Shown here piece by piece: positions 9,380-17,701 of a DNA stretch of 25,040 nt. How positions within the stretch are numbered: position 1 is the first letter of the stretch; every line of letters starts with the position of its first letter. The translations under genes and the position numbers were made by a program. Origin of the DNA: Candidatus Omnitrophota bacterium. GTDB taxonomy: Bacteria; Omnitrophota; Omnitrophia; Omnitrophales; Aquincolibacteriaceae. The notes beneath the pieces are model-generated. The model was not told the origin of the DNA, made no database searches, and was given only the letters and a program-made list of their open reading frames with translations. The stretch covers positions 1 through 25,040 of the forward strand of contig JAZDJU010000011.1 in NCBI GenBank assembly GCA_043803685.1, given 5' to 3'.

Positions 9380-9408
9380 ATTGTATACGACTTTTTATTT
9401 TGTATAAA
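9380..9408 (-). promoter_or_regulatory. Putative near-leaderless promoter of vsr-dcm
   Basis: Minus strand TTTATA-17 bp-TACAAT, ending 9 nt before the ATG; no Shine-Dalgarno visible. Confidence 0.45.
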
Positions 9409-9412
9409 GCAA

Positions 9413-9440
9413 TCTTAAAGAGACCTTCTTAAAGAGACCT
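9413..9440. repeat. 14-bp tandem duplication
   Basis: TCTTAAAGAGACCT twice, exact. Confidence 0.9.
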
Positions 9441-9569
9441 TCGAGGGTCTTCACAAAATGCGCAGGTAGAAACGGCCGTTGAGAAGTGACAGCTTAAAGC
9501 GCACTCACCCAGTGTCAGCGTTTTGTCTTGGGCATATTTTGGCTTTGCTTAGAATTTGCCGATCTTCGG

Positions 9570-9597
9570 ATGTCGCCATTCGACTAAAAGCCGACGT
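9570..9597. repeat. dif-like 28-bp site S2
   Basis: ATGTCGCCATT-CGACTA-AAAGCCGACGT; arms 8/11; core differs by 1 nt from S1 and S3. Confidence 0.6.
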
Positions 9598-9660
9598 TAG
9601 AATTGCTCATTCAACCTGTCCTGATACCGTTCTAGTACCGTTCTACACGTGCGTTTTATT

Positions 9661-10680
9661 CTATTGAGTATCGCGTATGATGTCTAATTGGTTAAAATCA
9701 AAAGAAGCTAAAAAAGCTCCCCCGCCTTGCTTTTTCTTCGGAGATCTCACTTGAGCAATTCGCGGCTTTCCTTTTGCCTTTATTTGATTATGCCAATTTA
9801 AAAGGACAAGATTCTTACCTTTGTGTCTGGGACTATCGAATAGAATCCCATTAAAACCCATTGACCTCGCGCAATCGGCAATAAACCGTGGGATAAAATA
9901 TTCTGGCCTCCAAATTGCTCGCGACCCAGGAACTAATGACCGCAGCTTAACATTGATAAACCAGGGCAACCCTTCAAGCTCATCTTGTCGACTTGCCAGC
10001 ATAGTCAGATTAAGAATGTTATCGATTTCTGTTATAACAAAGCGTTGAATCCATGCAATATTTTCGCCTTTTTCTAGCGTCTCAATTAATGCAGCATCTT
10101 TGGATTCTGCCAAATAAAAGACTCTTTGACCATAATGGTTAAATCGTCCTTCTGCTTCTGGCTGCTTTGGCGGCAACATATCTTTCGTTAGAAATTTTTT
10201 TGCACCTTCAGGCTTCCTAGCGCGCCACCAAATTTCATTCGAAATGCCCACTTTGGGAAACTGCCGTAAAGCGTTATAGATTTTCCTCCCCATTTTGTGC
10301 GCACATCCTAAATAAGGGTATTTCTCTAAAAATTCTCCAAAATCTTTGATCGCTGGGATGTATTTCTTGCGAAGTCGTTCCCACTCATTTTCCTCCTCTA
10401 CCTCAGCCTGCGTTTTTACTCCGATCGTATCACCGCGAGAAAATTGCGCTCTGCAATTTCCACAGCATAATTCCTCTACTAAACGATCCCGCAACTTGGC
10501 AGGGACATTAAATTCATCGAAAACCTCTTCTAAATCCTCCGCTGATCCATTGATCCAAAATGTTTCCTTATCTTCGCTATCGAATGGTTGGCAATAAGTA
10601 CAACTAATACACCAGGGCTGGATTTTTTTCCTTAATCTTTCGACTCGGCTTTCCTCGGCACTTGTCAAATCCATGGGCAT
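9661..10680 (-). CDS. RES-domain protein (putative NAD+-consuming effector) with a Cys-rich N-terminus
   Basis: WRAR...PP...EGRFN..GQRVFYLA...AL.E...Y..PRFIAD..R.MGFNGILFDS...NLVL gives the R-E-S signature. N-terminal CxxCxxC and CCxxC. Confidence 0.85.
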   Translation of the reverse strand: MPMDLTSAEESRVERLRKKIQPWCISCTYCQPFDSEDKETFWINGSAEDLEEVFDEFNVPAKLRDRLVEELCCGNCRAQFSRGDTIGVKTQAEVEEENEWERLRKKYIPAIKDFGEFLEKYPYLGCAHKMGRKIYNALRQFPKVGISNEIWWRARKPEGAKKFLTKDMLPPKQPEAEGRFNHYGQRVFYLAESKDAALIETLEKGENIAWIQRFVITEIDNILNLTMLASRQDELEGLPWFINVKLRSLVPGSRAIWRPEYFIPRFIADCARSMGFNGILFDSPRHKGKNLVLLNWHNQIKAKGKPRIAQVRSPKKKQGGGAFLASFDFNQLDIIRDTQ

Positions 10681-10724
10681 TATATTTTTTCTCGAATCGA
10701 GCTTATATAGGGTGCGTGTGGTTT

Positions 10725-12359
10725 TTAAAGTTTCAAAATCTTAAAGATCTCTTCAAGCGGCACCGCAAAATCAGGGTAGGTCTTTCGAAGATTATCCCAC
10801 GTGCCACAAGCTTGAATCAGCTCCGCAACATGTCGAGAGTTTTCGCTCTGTTTCGTCGTCTTGAGAACTCCTTCTAGATTAGGGTTCATAACTTTCCAAG
10901 AGTTACTACTAGGATCAATTTTGAGTAATGCATTCTTTGCATCAGCATCTAAAAAAGCCGCCTGAAGAATTTGAAAATTATTAGCATAGGGAGCTAAATG
11001 AACTATATTGCCAAACCCACCAAGACGCAAAATCTCAAGCCCATAATAGGCGGGCACTATCCCTTTCAATGCCAAAGCTGCTTGAACTGCAGCATAGTCA
11101 TCATCACCTTCAAGAAATAAAACTCGTTGCGAAAAAATCAATCGGTCAAGATTAGGTTCTATGAATTTCAATGTAATATCAAAAGAGGGCGCTTTTGTTT
11201 TTGCAGGCCATTGGATGGGAGTAGTAGCGCCTGATTCTTTTTTTAACAAAATTGCGCTTTCAGGAACGGCAGGATCAAAAAATTCCGCACTATGGGTTAT
11301 AACAATTACCTGATTCCCCATCTTTGCAAACTTCTGTAAAGTTGAAGCGAATAAAGCTCTGAGATGTGATCCTAAAAATATTTCCGGCTCTTCAATCAGG
11401 ATAATGTTTCCTTTCGCACTATCACCCAAATTATTCAAAGCACGAAAGAGCGCCACAATCCCAAGAGCGGAATATCCTCGCCCAAGTCTTTCAAAAGGCA
11501 GCAATGGCACTTCAGCATCATCTTTTCCAAGGAAATCGAGTTTTTTTAATAGATCCATGCCCCCCGGCAGACCGATTTCTAGACCTAAGGATTTCGGTGG
11601 AAGTTGTAATTGTGCAGTCATGAAGTCAGCCATTGTGCTTAATATAGCGTCAACGCGATCAGTCTTTAGTAATCCCCCCAACTCCGCCAACACTTCTTTA
11701 ATAGCTTCTTCTCGCGTGCAATCCTTGCCATGCCAGTTAATACGATTAGCATCTCTCAATAAGTCATCATGCAAAATCTTAGAAAGAAAGGACATCAAAC
11801 TTCCGCGTTGCATCGACAAGTGCCAATGGTAGGAAGCATTATCCAAATAATAAATAGGTATGCGTCCATTAATTTCTCGAACCATCAAAGGACGCGTCTT
11901 TTGTCGTCCTTCTTTTTCCTCAGAAGTTAATTCCCGGCCTTTTGCTAATTTAGTAGCCATATCAGTCAGTATAGGTTGGCCAGTCGGAGTTAACGCAGAA
12001 TGCTCACAACGAACACTGCCCTTTTCTTCGCCGATCTTGTATTCCTTTGCTTCGAAGCGCAGCAAGCCAACGTCAGAAAATTTGTTGAATGTATCGCCAT
12101 GTTTTAAAGGCGGATCGAGTTCAGCTTCAATTTTAATGGGATTTTCGGTATTGCCCTTATGGAAATCCCAGCTTTCCACAAGATCTCCACCGATATTTTT
12201 TTGCAAGGTAATCCATCGAAGAGCTTCGAGCAAATTGCTTTTACCCGCCGCATTTAATCCTGCAACGACAAAGTAGCCATCCGCATGGCTTAAATCAATG
12301 GAAAGAAGTTGGGGGCCAAAGGAACGTAGATTTTGGATGCGAAGCGTTTTAATTTTCAT
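10725..12359 (-). CDS. OLD-family ATP-dependent nuclease (ABC ATPase + TOPRIM)
   Basis: Walker A GLNAAGKSN, signature-like LGRG, Walker B IEEPE, H-loop ITHS, TOPRIM FLEGDDD and DAD. Confidence 0.88.
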   Translation of the reverse strand: MKIKTLRIQNLRSFGPQLLSIDLSHADGYFVVAGLNAAGKSNLLEALRWITLQKNIGGDLVESWDFHKGNTENPIKIEAELDPPLKHGDTFNKFSDVGLLRFEAKEYKIGEEKGSVRCEHSALTPTGQPILTDMATKLAKGRELTSEEKEGRQKTRPLMVREINGRIPIYYLDNASYHWHLSMQRGSLMSFLSKILHDDLLRDANRINWHGKDCTREEAIKEVLAELGGLLKTDRVDAILSTMADFMTAQLQLPPKSLGLEIGLPGGMDLLKKLDFLGKDDAEVPLLPFERLGRGYSALGIVALFRALNNLGDSAKGNIILIEEPEIFLGSHLRALFASTLQKFAKMGNQVIVITHSAEFFDPAVPESAILLKKESGATTPIQWPAKTKAPSFDITLKFIEPNLDRLIFSQRVLFLEGDDDYAAVQAALALKGIVPAYYGLEILRLGGFGNIVHLAPYANNFQILQAAFLDADAKNALLKIDPSSNSWKVMNPNLEGVLKTTKQSENSRHVAELIQACGTWDNLRKTYPDFAVPLEEIFKILKL

Positions 12360-12521
12360 TAAGCCGAGGGTTCTCTATTTAAAAAATTATATGCTTACCG
12401 AACGCCTTCCGCGTGGAGAGGTTAGCTCCCCTGCTTCAATTGCTAAATACTCTGCCTCTTAGTGGGGATTTTCAAGAAAAATTATGGGGTTTTCTGGGGT
12501 TTTCCCGGAGGAACGAGCAGA

Positions 12522-12549
12522 ATCTCACTTTTCGACGAAAATGCGAGAT
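12522..12549. repeat. dif-like 28-bp site S3
   Basis: ATCTCACTTTT-CGACGA-AAATGCGAGAT; arms 9/11; core identical to S1; the right arm is the exact reverse complement of the S4 left arm. Confidence 0.75.
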
Positions 12550-12573
12550 TAAGCGTGGGCGTACGCGTGCTCA

Positions 12574-14070
12574 TTAAGCACGAGAAAACTTCTTCAAGCC
12601 GAGCACATCCATGAGGCCTGGGTGCAGCTTGAATTTTTCGGCAGTTTCGTCAAACCTCGCTCTTCCCTCTTTGTATTTGAAGACATATTCGGAACCGCCA
12701 AAACCGCCACCACCAGCTCGATAAAAGCCGATCACAGAAAAAGAAAATAATTCTTTCAGAATTTCCATAGGATTTTTCCCGGGGAAGAAATCCTTTTTGG
12801 CATCAAAAATTCGTATAAATTCGGCCTTATCAAATTGCATCACTCCAATACCCTTAAAAATTTCCAAATAGTCTTCATATTTGGGCAAATGTTTGTGAAT
12901 TTCATCATCCAGTTCACGAAGGAAATAGTCGCTATAAGAAGTCTTGGCTTTTATCAAATCAGCATTATCGAATTTCAGATTAGAATCAGGCTCGCTCTTT
13001 AATCTGTTTTTGTATTCAACCAGAACTTGATTGCAAAACTTAATAATATCGCGAGGCCTAAGATAGGTGCGATCCAGAATGTGCTGATATTTGCTCTGAT
13101 GGCCAGTCATTTCTTTCGTCTCATCAAACACTTCATCCCAATTAACATTTTCGCCTTCGCCTAATAGCAACGCAAATCGTTTCTCCATCAACCCCTTAAG
13201 TGTTTTCGATGTTGTCTGCGTATCCCATTCAATAGTCGAGAGGTGATTCTCAGTGATTTTATTCTTGTCTTCAAAATGCAAGTTGTCGTAGATATCATTT
13301 CTAAGAAAAATAACGACGAGCAATTTTTTTCCAATTTCCTTAGCTTTTAAGTTTATATCGCGCGCGGCTAATAATAATCCAATAAGCCGATTCATATAAT
13401 CGGGGCTACCCGGGTCAAAACCCAAATCCAATTGGTCGAAACAAACATAATATTTATGAGCTGGGTTAAGGCAAGATAGCACGGCAGTGGTAAGATTCTG
13501 GTTAACCTCCTGAATAATTGTGGGTAGTTCCTCCATCGGAACTTGTTCAGGAGAGATGCCTGCCTTCAATAGCTTAAAATCAAAATCGATATGTGGTTTC
13601 AAACGAAGGACTTTAGTGGGACTAAAAATCTGGGTAACGTCAGGATCACGCGTACCATAGGTGTCGATAACAAATTGTTCGATCTTTGCTTGTTGCTTTA
13701 ATGATTCTTCGTCGTATGGAAGTGATTGATCTTGGTTTAAAACGATTTTTGAAAGAGTGAGCAAAACAAAATATTTCCAGCTATGCGTAAATTTATCCTG
13801 ATCGGGGATGCCGAGCTTTACCTGCCTATCGTGATATTCCCAAGGATAATCCGTAAATGTGTGGCCAAAGCAGAAGAAATCATATGTTCTATTAAGAAGT
13901 AACTTTTTGAATATTGATGTTTTGCCACTCCCCTTCCTTCCGACAATTAGGAAGTTTTTTAATTCAAGCAACGCCTTAAAGGCCTCGTGATCTTCAAAAC
14001 AACGAATGAGAATATCATCGCTATCCGCATCGATACCTCCGAAACATTCGATTTCCAATAGTTTCTTCAT
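12574..14070 (-). CDS. P-loop ATPase, Sll1717/FunZ-like family
   Basis: 498 aa. FGGIDADSD N-terminus, GRKGSGKT, FDQLD, FLRNDIY, DKNK, RTYLRPRDII. Confidence 0.75.
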   Translation of the reverse strand: MKKLLEIECFGGIDADSDDILIRCFEDHEAFKALLELKNFLIVGRKGSGKTSIFKKLLLNRTYDFFCFGHTFTDYPWEYHDRQVKLGIPDQDKFTHSWKYFVLLTLSKIVLNQDQSLPYDEESLKQQAKIEQFVIDTYGTRDPDVTQIFSPTKVLRLKPHIDFDFKLLKAGISPEQVPMEELPTIIQEVNQNLTTAVLSCLNPAHKYYVCFDQLDLGFDPGSPDYMNRLIGLLLAARDINLKAKEIGKKLLVVIFLRNDIYDNLHFEDKNKITENHLSTIEWDTQTTSKTLKGLMEKRFALLLGEGENVNWDEVFDETKEMTGHQSKYQHILDRTYLRPRDIIKFCNQVLVEYKNRLKSEPDSNLKFDNADLIKAKTSYSDYFLRELDDEIHKHLPKYEDYLEIFKGIGVMQFDKAEFIRIFDAKKDFFPGKNPMEILKELFSFSVIGFYRAGGGGFGGSEYVFKYKEGRARFDETAEKFKLHPGLMDVLGLKKFSRA

Positions 14071-14271
14071 AACCTGCTCCGCAATTTGTTTCCGAGCAAT
14101 CCCGTTGACATTACAATCTGACGTTCCAAAAGCTAATCACACGTGCTTACCTAATTCACAATGGCATAGTATAGCGTTGATCAGGAATATCGGAAATTTA
14201 AATCCATTTTAGCGATCTGACAAAATTTGGCTAAAAAATGCTTGCTGTAATTCGTCCGATTGGCAGACTCA

Positions 14272-14299
14272 ATCTCGCATTTTGCATATTATGCGAGAT
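14272..14299. repeat. dif-like 28-bp site S4
   Basis: ATCTCGCATTT-TGCATA-TTATGCGAGAT; arms 9/11; 18/28 identical by hand count to E. coli dif GGTGCGCATAA-TGTATA-TTATGTTAAAT. Confidence 0.75.
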
Positions 14300-14451
14300 T
14301 CGGGAACCCTCACACATGTTCGATCCCAAACCGGCTCCCTGAACTGATTAGATCATTACCGTGTTCCCCCGCATGTGAGACCAGCGCAACTAGCTCATGA
14401 CCGCAGGAGAGGTGGAAATCCTTAAGACTCGGGTGAAGGAGCTGCCGTTGA

Positions 14452-15429
14452 CTATGTCAACAAGACAAGTTTAAAAACACCGCTGGTTGTTTGATCGGTG
14501 CCGCTACCGGCGATATCCTGCACCATACCCACATCGAAGCGCAGATGATCGTTCACGGGAATGATCGCGCCGAAGACCATACTGAAAAGCTTTGCGCCTT
14601 TTCCGGGGCTTTGAAATTCCTGGGTATAGAGCGCCTCGATCTGCGGCTGGAGCCAATCGAAAACATGATATCCTGCACCATAGCCAACGGTCATAGTTCC
14701 GGCGGAGTTGTCGCTCCTTTTTTTATGTGCGAAAGGAACTTCATAGCCGAGGTTCCCGCTCATCGTCCAGCGTTTGATATCCTTCGTCACCGCTAGCGTG
14801 TTCCCCATGCTGACATATCCTTGCGACGGCCCGAGGTGATCGAGGTTGCTACGCCGGCCAACCGGGATCACAATGTAAGGAACATACGCCATGCGGAGTG
14901 TCTTATCGCAAGACTGGTAAAAGCGCCAGCGGCCGTTCACGGTCATATCCTGCCAGCCGTGCCCCTTATGCGGGCCGTCCGTCGTGTCCTCCAAGGGGTC
15001 TCCTGTCGCAGGATCGATCTGGCCGTCGACTTCATTATAATTATTCTCTTTGTCCGCAAGGATCGAAAAACCTTCCGTAATGCCCATGTCAAACCCTTCA
15101 AAAACACCGAAGTTCACGGTGGACTGAAAAGAACTCTCCCTGAAAAGTTTCCGGCTGTCCCGGCTCCCGCTCGTCTGCCACTGCTTCCCCGACCCGGTGA
15201 TTGAATAAGAGCTACTCCACTCGATCTTCATCGGATCAAGCGGCGTTGCGTCCACCAAAACGAGCTTCGTTGCTTCCGGTTCAAAAACTTCCGTCTCCTC
15301 AGTGGAGGCCTCCACCATTGGAAGTGTTTTGGTGTGCGGCTCGTCCTTAGCGAAAACTTCACCCAGTCCTATCCCAAATACCGGCGTGATAATCGAAAGA
15401 AAGATGGCCATGTTCTTGAGTTTTCTCAT
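14452..15429 (-). CDS. Putative outer-membrane beta-barrel transporter (MetA-pathway/SphA-like)
   Basis: Signal peptide, amphipathic beta-strands, GWQD...KWRF-like segment and PVG motif; last gene of the nik cluster. Confidence 0.6.
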   Translation of the reverse strand: MRKLKNMAIFLSIITPVFGIGLGEVFAKDEPHTKTLPMVEASTEETEVFEPEATKLVLVDATPLDPMKIEWSSSYSITGSGKQWQTSGSRDSRKLFRESSFQSTVNFGVFEGFDMGITEGFSILADKENNYNEVDGQIDPATGDPLEDTTDGPHKGHGWQDMTVNGRWRFYQSCDKTLRMAYVPYIVIPVGRRSNLDHLGPSQGYVSMGNTLAVTKDIKRWTMSGNLGYEVPFAHKKRSDNSAGTMTVGYGAGYHVFDWLQPQIEALYTQEFQSPGKGAKLFSMVFGAIIPVNDHLRFDVGMVQDIAGSGTDQTTSGVFKLVLLT

Positions 15430-15523
15430 AATCTCCCCCTGTTTTGGCGCAGAAAGCGCCGTTATTTAATTTCTGGCTGGGGAGTTAGACCTGGCTGGAA
15501 ATATCGACGATCAAATCGTGGCG

Positions 15524-15715
15524 TTACTTATTCAAAATCAACTTTTCTGTTTTCGTGATCAATAGCCGGTATTCTTGCCCGTGATGACGGATCAAGACCT
15601 CTCTGGCTCTTCCGAAAAGATCTGAGGAATTAAAACAACGCTTGTCGGAATGTGCGAAACCGCCCGCTCTCTCGGGAGCTATCGAACGGCTTGAAAGGGT
15701 GTTTTCTGCTTCCAT
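15524..15715 (-). CDS. hemP: HemP-family small protein
   Basis: SSDLFGRAREVLIRHHGQEYRLLITKTEKLILNK matches the HemP/HmuP signature. Confidence 0.85.
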   Translation of the reverse strand: MEAENTLSSRSIAPERAGGFAHSDKRCFNSSDLFGRAREVLIRHHGQEYRLLITKTEKLILNK

Positions 15716-15728
15716 AAATGGACTCGCC

Positions 15729-16124
15729 TTATTCTGTCGAGCAAGCGATCAAGTCTCCACCCTTGATCCCTTTCAGCCCGATCAGCTTTTTTGAAAGACC
15801 GTTCAGCTCTTTCGCGCGTCCCTTCACGAGAATGGTTTCAAGGCAATGGTGATGGTCGAGATGCACATGCTGACCCGAAAGGATCAAGTGATGATGATCA
15901 TGCTGAATGGTCATGAGGTTGTTGAGGAGATCTCGCCGGTGATGGTCATAGATCAGCACAACACAACCGGCCACCAGTTTGTTGTCTTTCCATTTATCCT
16001 GGAGTAAATTTTTCCGCACTAGGAACCGTATCGCCTGTGAACGGTTGGGAAGTTTATGTTTGGACACGAGGCGGTCTAATTCCTTCAAAAGGCCATCTTC
16101 TACAGAGACCCCGAATCGTTTCAT
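15729..16124 (-). CDS. nikR: Nickel-responsive regulator NikR
   Basis: RHH N-terminus RFGVS...NRSQAIR; YDHH, QHDH and HVHLDHHHCLE nickel site. Confidence 0.95.
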   Translation of the reverse strand: MKRFGVSVEDGLLKELDRLVSKHKLPNRSQAIRFLVRKNLLQDKWKDNKLVAGCVVLIYDHHRRDLLNNLMTIQHDHHHLILSGQHVHLDHHHCLETILVKGRAKELNGLSKKLIGLKGIKGGDLIACSTE

Positions 16125-16137
16125 GACATGCCTCCGG

Positions 16138-17052
16138 CTATCTCGCCGTCTTGAGTTTCATGCAGGTCAAACTTTTGGCCAGAAGCCAACCCAGAGCGAA
16201 GACCAACAATACGCCGGCCAAACCGGCCAAACCCGTGGATAGCATCCCATCTGGAAGCGCCGGAACCGCGTATCCCGATAGAGGGCTCACAAATGTGGGT
16301 GCGGCTTCATGCAGAAACCGGTATTTTTCAGCAACCCATTCGAGGCCGTCAGGAAATCCGCTTGCGAAGGAACTCAAGAGAGTCCCGATGATCCCGGCTG
16401 CTAAAAGCGGCGCGCCCACATTCCACTTAGGAGAGGTGCTAAGTGATTCCGCGGAAAGAAATCGATAAACCGCCACGGTGATCAATCCCTCACCCATTCC
16501 GATAAGAGCATGGACGCTTAACATCGCGCCAGCAACCCTTGCGAAAGGAACAGTCCCTGAGATCCCCAATTCAATGCTGCACGCCAACGCCGCCAAGATC
16601 ACGGAAAGCCATCCTGCCACGCCAAGCGAGGATAAGCGAAAGACCGAATTCTTTTCGGAAGCCCCTGCAAATTGTTTAAAAAGGAATCCTCCCACTCCCG
16701 CACCGATCAAGGCCATGTTAAAAATGTTGGCACCAAGAGCCGACACACCTCCATCGGAAAATACAAGACATTGAACAAGCAGGACAAGCGCGGTCGCCAA
16801 AACGCCGAAAGGAACGCCTAGAAGAGCAGAAGCAAGCACGCCTCCCAAAAGATGACCGGAGGTGCCGTTCTGAATGGGGAAATTCATCATCTGGGCCGCG
16901 AAAATAAAGGCCGCGACCGCTCCAAAGCGAGACGCTGAGGGTTTTTCTTTGGATCTTATTACCATGATCGCGGCGCTGGCAATGCCGAGCGCGCTGACCG
17001 CGGCCGTTACGGGGCATATCTGCCCATGAAGCATGTGAGCCGGGATGTGCAT
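16138..17052 (-). CDS. nikM: ECF-type Ni/Co transporter substrate component NikM/CbiM fused to a PDGLE (NikN) domain
   Basis: MHIP N-terminus, FAAQMMNFPI..GTSGHLLGG, DGG..ALGAN, HALIG..EG, C-terminal PDGLE. Confidence 0.92.
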   Translation of the reverse strand: MHIPAHMLHGQICPVTAAVSALGIASAAIMVIRSKEKPSASRFGAVAAFIFAAQMMNFPIQNGTSGHLLGGVLASALLGVPFGVLATALVLLVQCLVFSDGGVSALGANIFNMALIGAGVGGFLFKQFAGASEKNSVFRLSSLGVAGWLSVILAALACSIELGISGTVPFARVAGAMLSVHALIGMGEGLITVAVYRFLSAESLSTSPKWNVGAPLLAAGIIGTLLSSFASGFPDGLEWVAEKYRFLHEAAPTFVSPLSGYAVPALPDGMLSTGLAGLAGVLLVFALGWLLAKSLTCMKLKTAR

Positions 17053-17088
17053 AAAAAACCTCCTGAGTTTATTTTTTAAGGGAAACAG

Positions 17089-17136
17089 GTGTTACGTTTT
17101 TCAGAATGATGCTACTTAAAATCATTAGCTTGTCAA
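17089..17136 (-). promoter_or_regulatory. nikM promoter with an overlapping candidate NikR operator
   Basis: Minus strand TTGACA (17131-17136)-16 bp-TAGCAT (17109-17114). Operator GTGTTAC-N13-ATGCTAC (17089-17115) covers the -10. Confidence 0.6.
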
Positions 17137-17179
17137 TGCTAAAGTTGAAAGCGTTTTTAATTTCCAAGATCGTTAACGC

Positions 17180-17200
17180 AAATGAAAATGATTTCTATTT
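17180..17200. promoter_or_regulatory. Candidate Zur/Fur box
   Basis: AAATGAAAATGATTTCTATTT has the same geometry as the AAATCGTAATnATTACGATTT Zur box. It overlaps TTTACA (-35; CATAAT -10 at 17220) upstream of the zur-znu operon. Confidence 0.65.
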
Positions 17201-17268
17201 ACAACGGACGCATTCTATGCATAATGGGCGCGTTGTCAACCCTGATTTAAATCCAAGGAGGCGCACTT

Positions 17269-17688
17269 ATGAATCCCTATCTTGTCAGGCTTAAAGAAAA
17301 CGGCCTCAAGGTCACTTCGCAGCGGGAAGCGGTGTTGGCCCTTTTCGCCAAAGACAACTCGAGGAAAACTCCGTATGCGGTCCACAAAAAACTAAAGAAA
17401 CGCCTTCCTCAGTTAGGCCTTCCAACTGTCTACCGCGTTCTCGAAGAGCTTAAGGAGATCGGGCTTTTAGTCCAGATCCCCTCGGAAGACCGGCAGCTTC
17501 ATTACAGCCTATGCAATCTTCCGGCCGACAAGCACCATCATCATTTCGTTTGCCGGAAGTGCAAAAAGGTCGAAGAGGTGGAACATTGCAACTTCAAAGG
17601 TATCTCGAATTTTATCCTTCGAAAACTTGGCGCGATTGTCGAATCCCACTCCCTTCAACTGGAAGGCCTTTGCGCCTCCTGCAAATAA
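17269..17688 (+). CDS. zur: Fur-family regulator, likely Zur
   Basis: GLKVTSQR, PTVYRVL, HHHHFVCRKC, C-terminal CxxC; heads the znu operon; AGGAGG RBS. Confidence 0.8.
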   Translation: MNPYLVRLKENGLKVTSQREAVLALFAKDNSRKTPYAVHKKLKKRLPQLGLPTVYRVLEELKEIGLLVQIPSEDRQLHYSLCNLPADKHHHHFVCRKCKKVEEVEHCNFKGISNFILRKLGAIVESHSLQLEGLCASCK

Positions 17689-17701
17689 CAAGGAGCTTGT
17701 C

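Noticed and set aside
747..12359. Gabija (OLD nuclease + UvrD helicase)
   Set aside because: The SF1 helicase is over 8 kb away, NERD-fused and embedded in another operon.
14300..14451. Possible ncRNA or riboswitch between S4 and the beta-barrel gene
   Set aside because: No recognisable conserved motif; it lies 3' of the operon. An Rfam search would be needed.
15446..15460. GGCGC-AGAAA-GCGCC hairpin as a terminator
   Set aside because: Only a 5-bp stem and no good U-tract on the transcribed (minus) strand.
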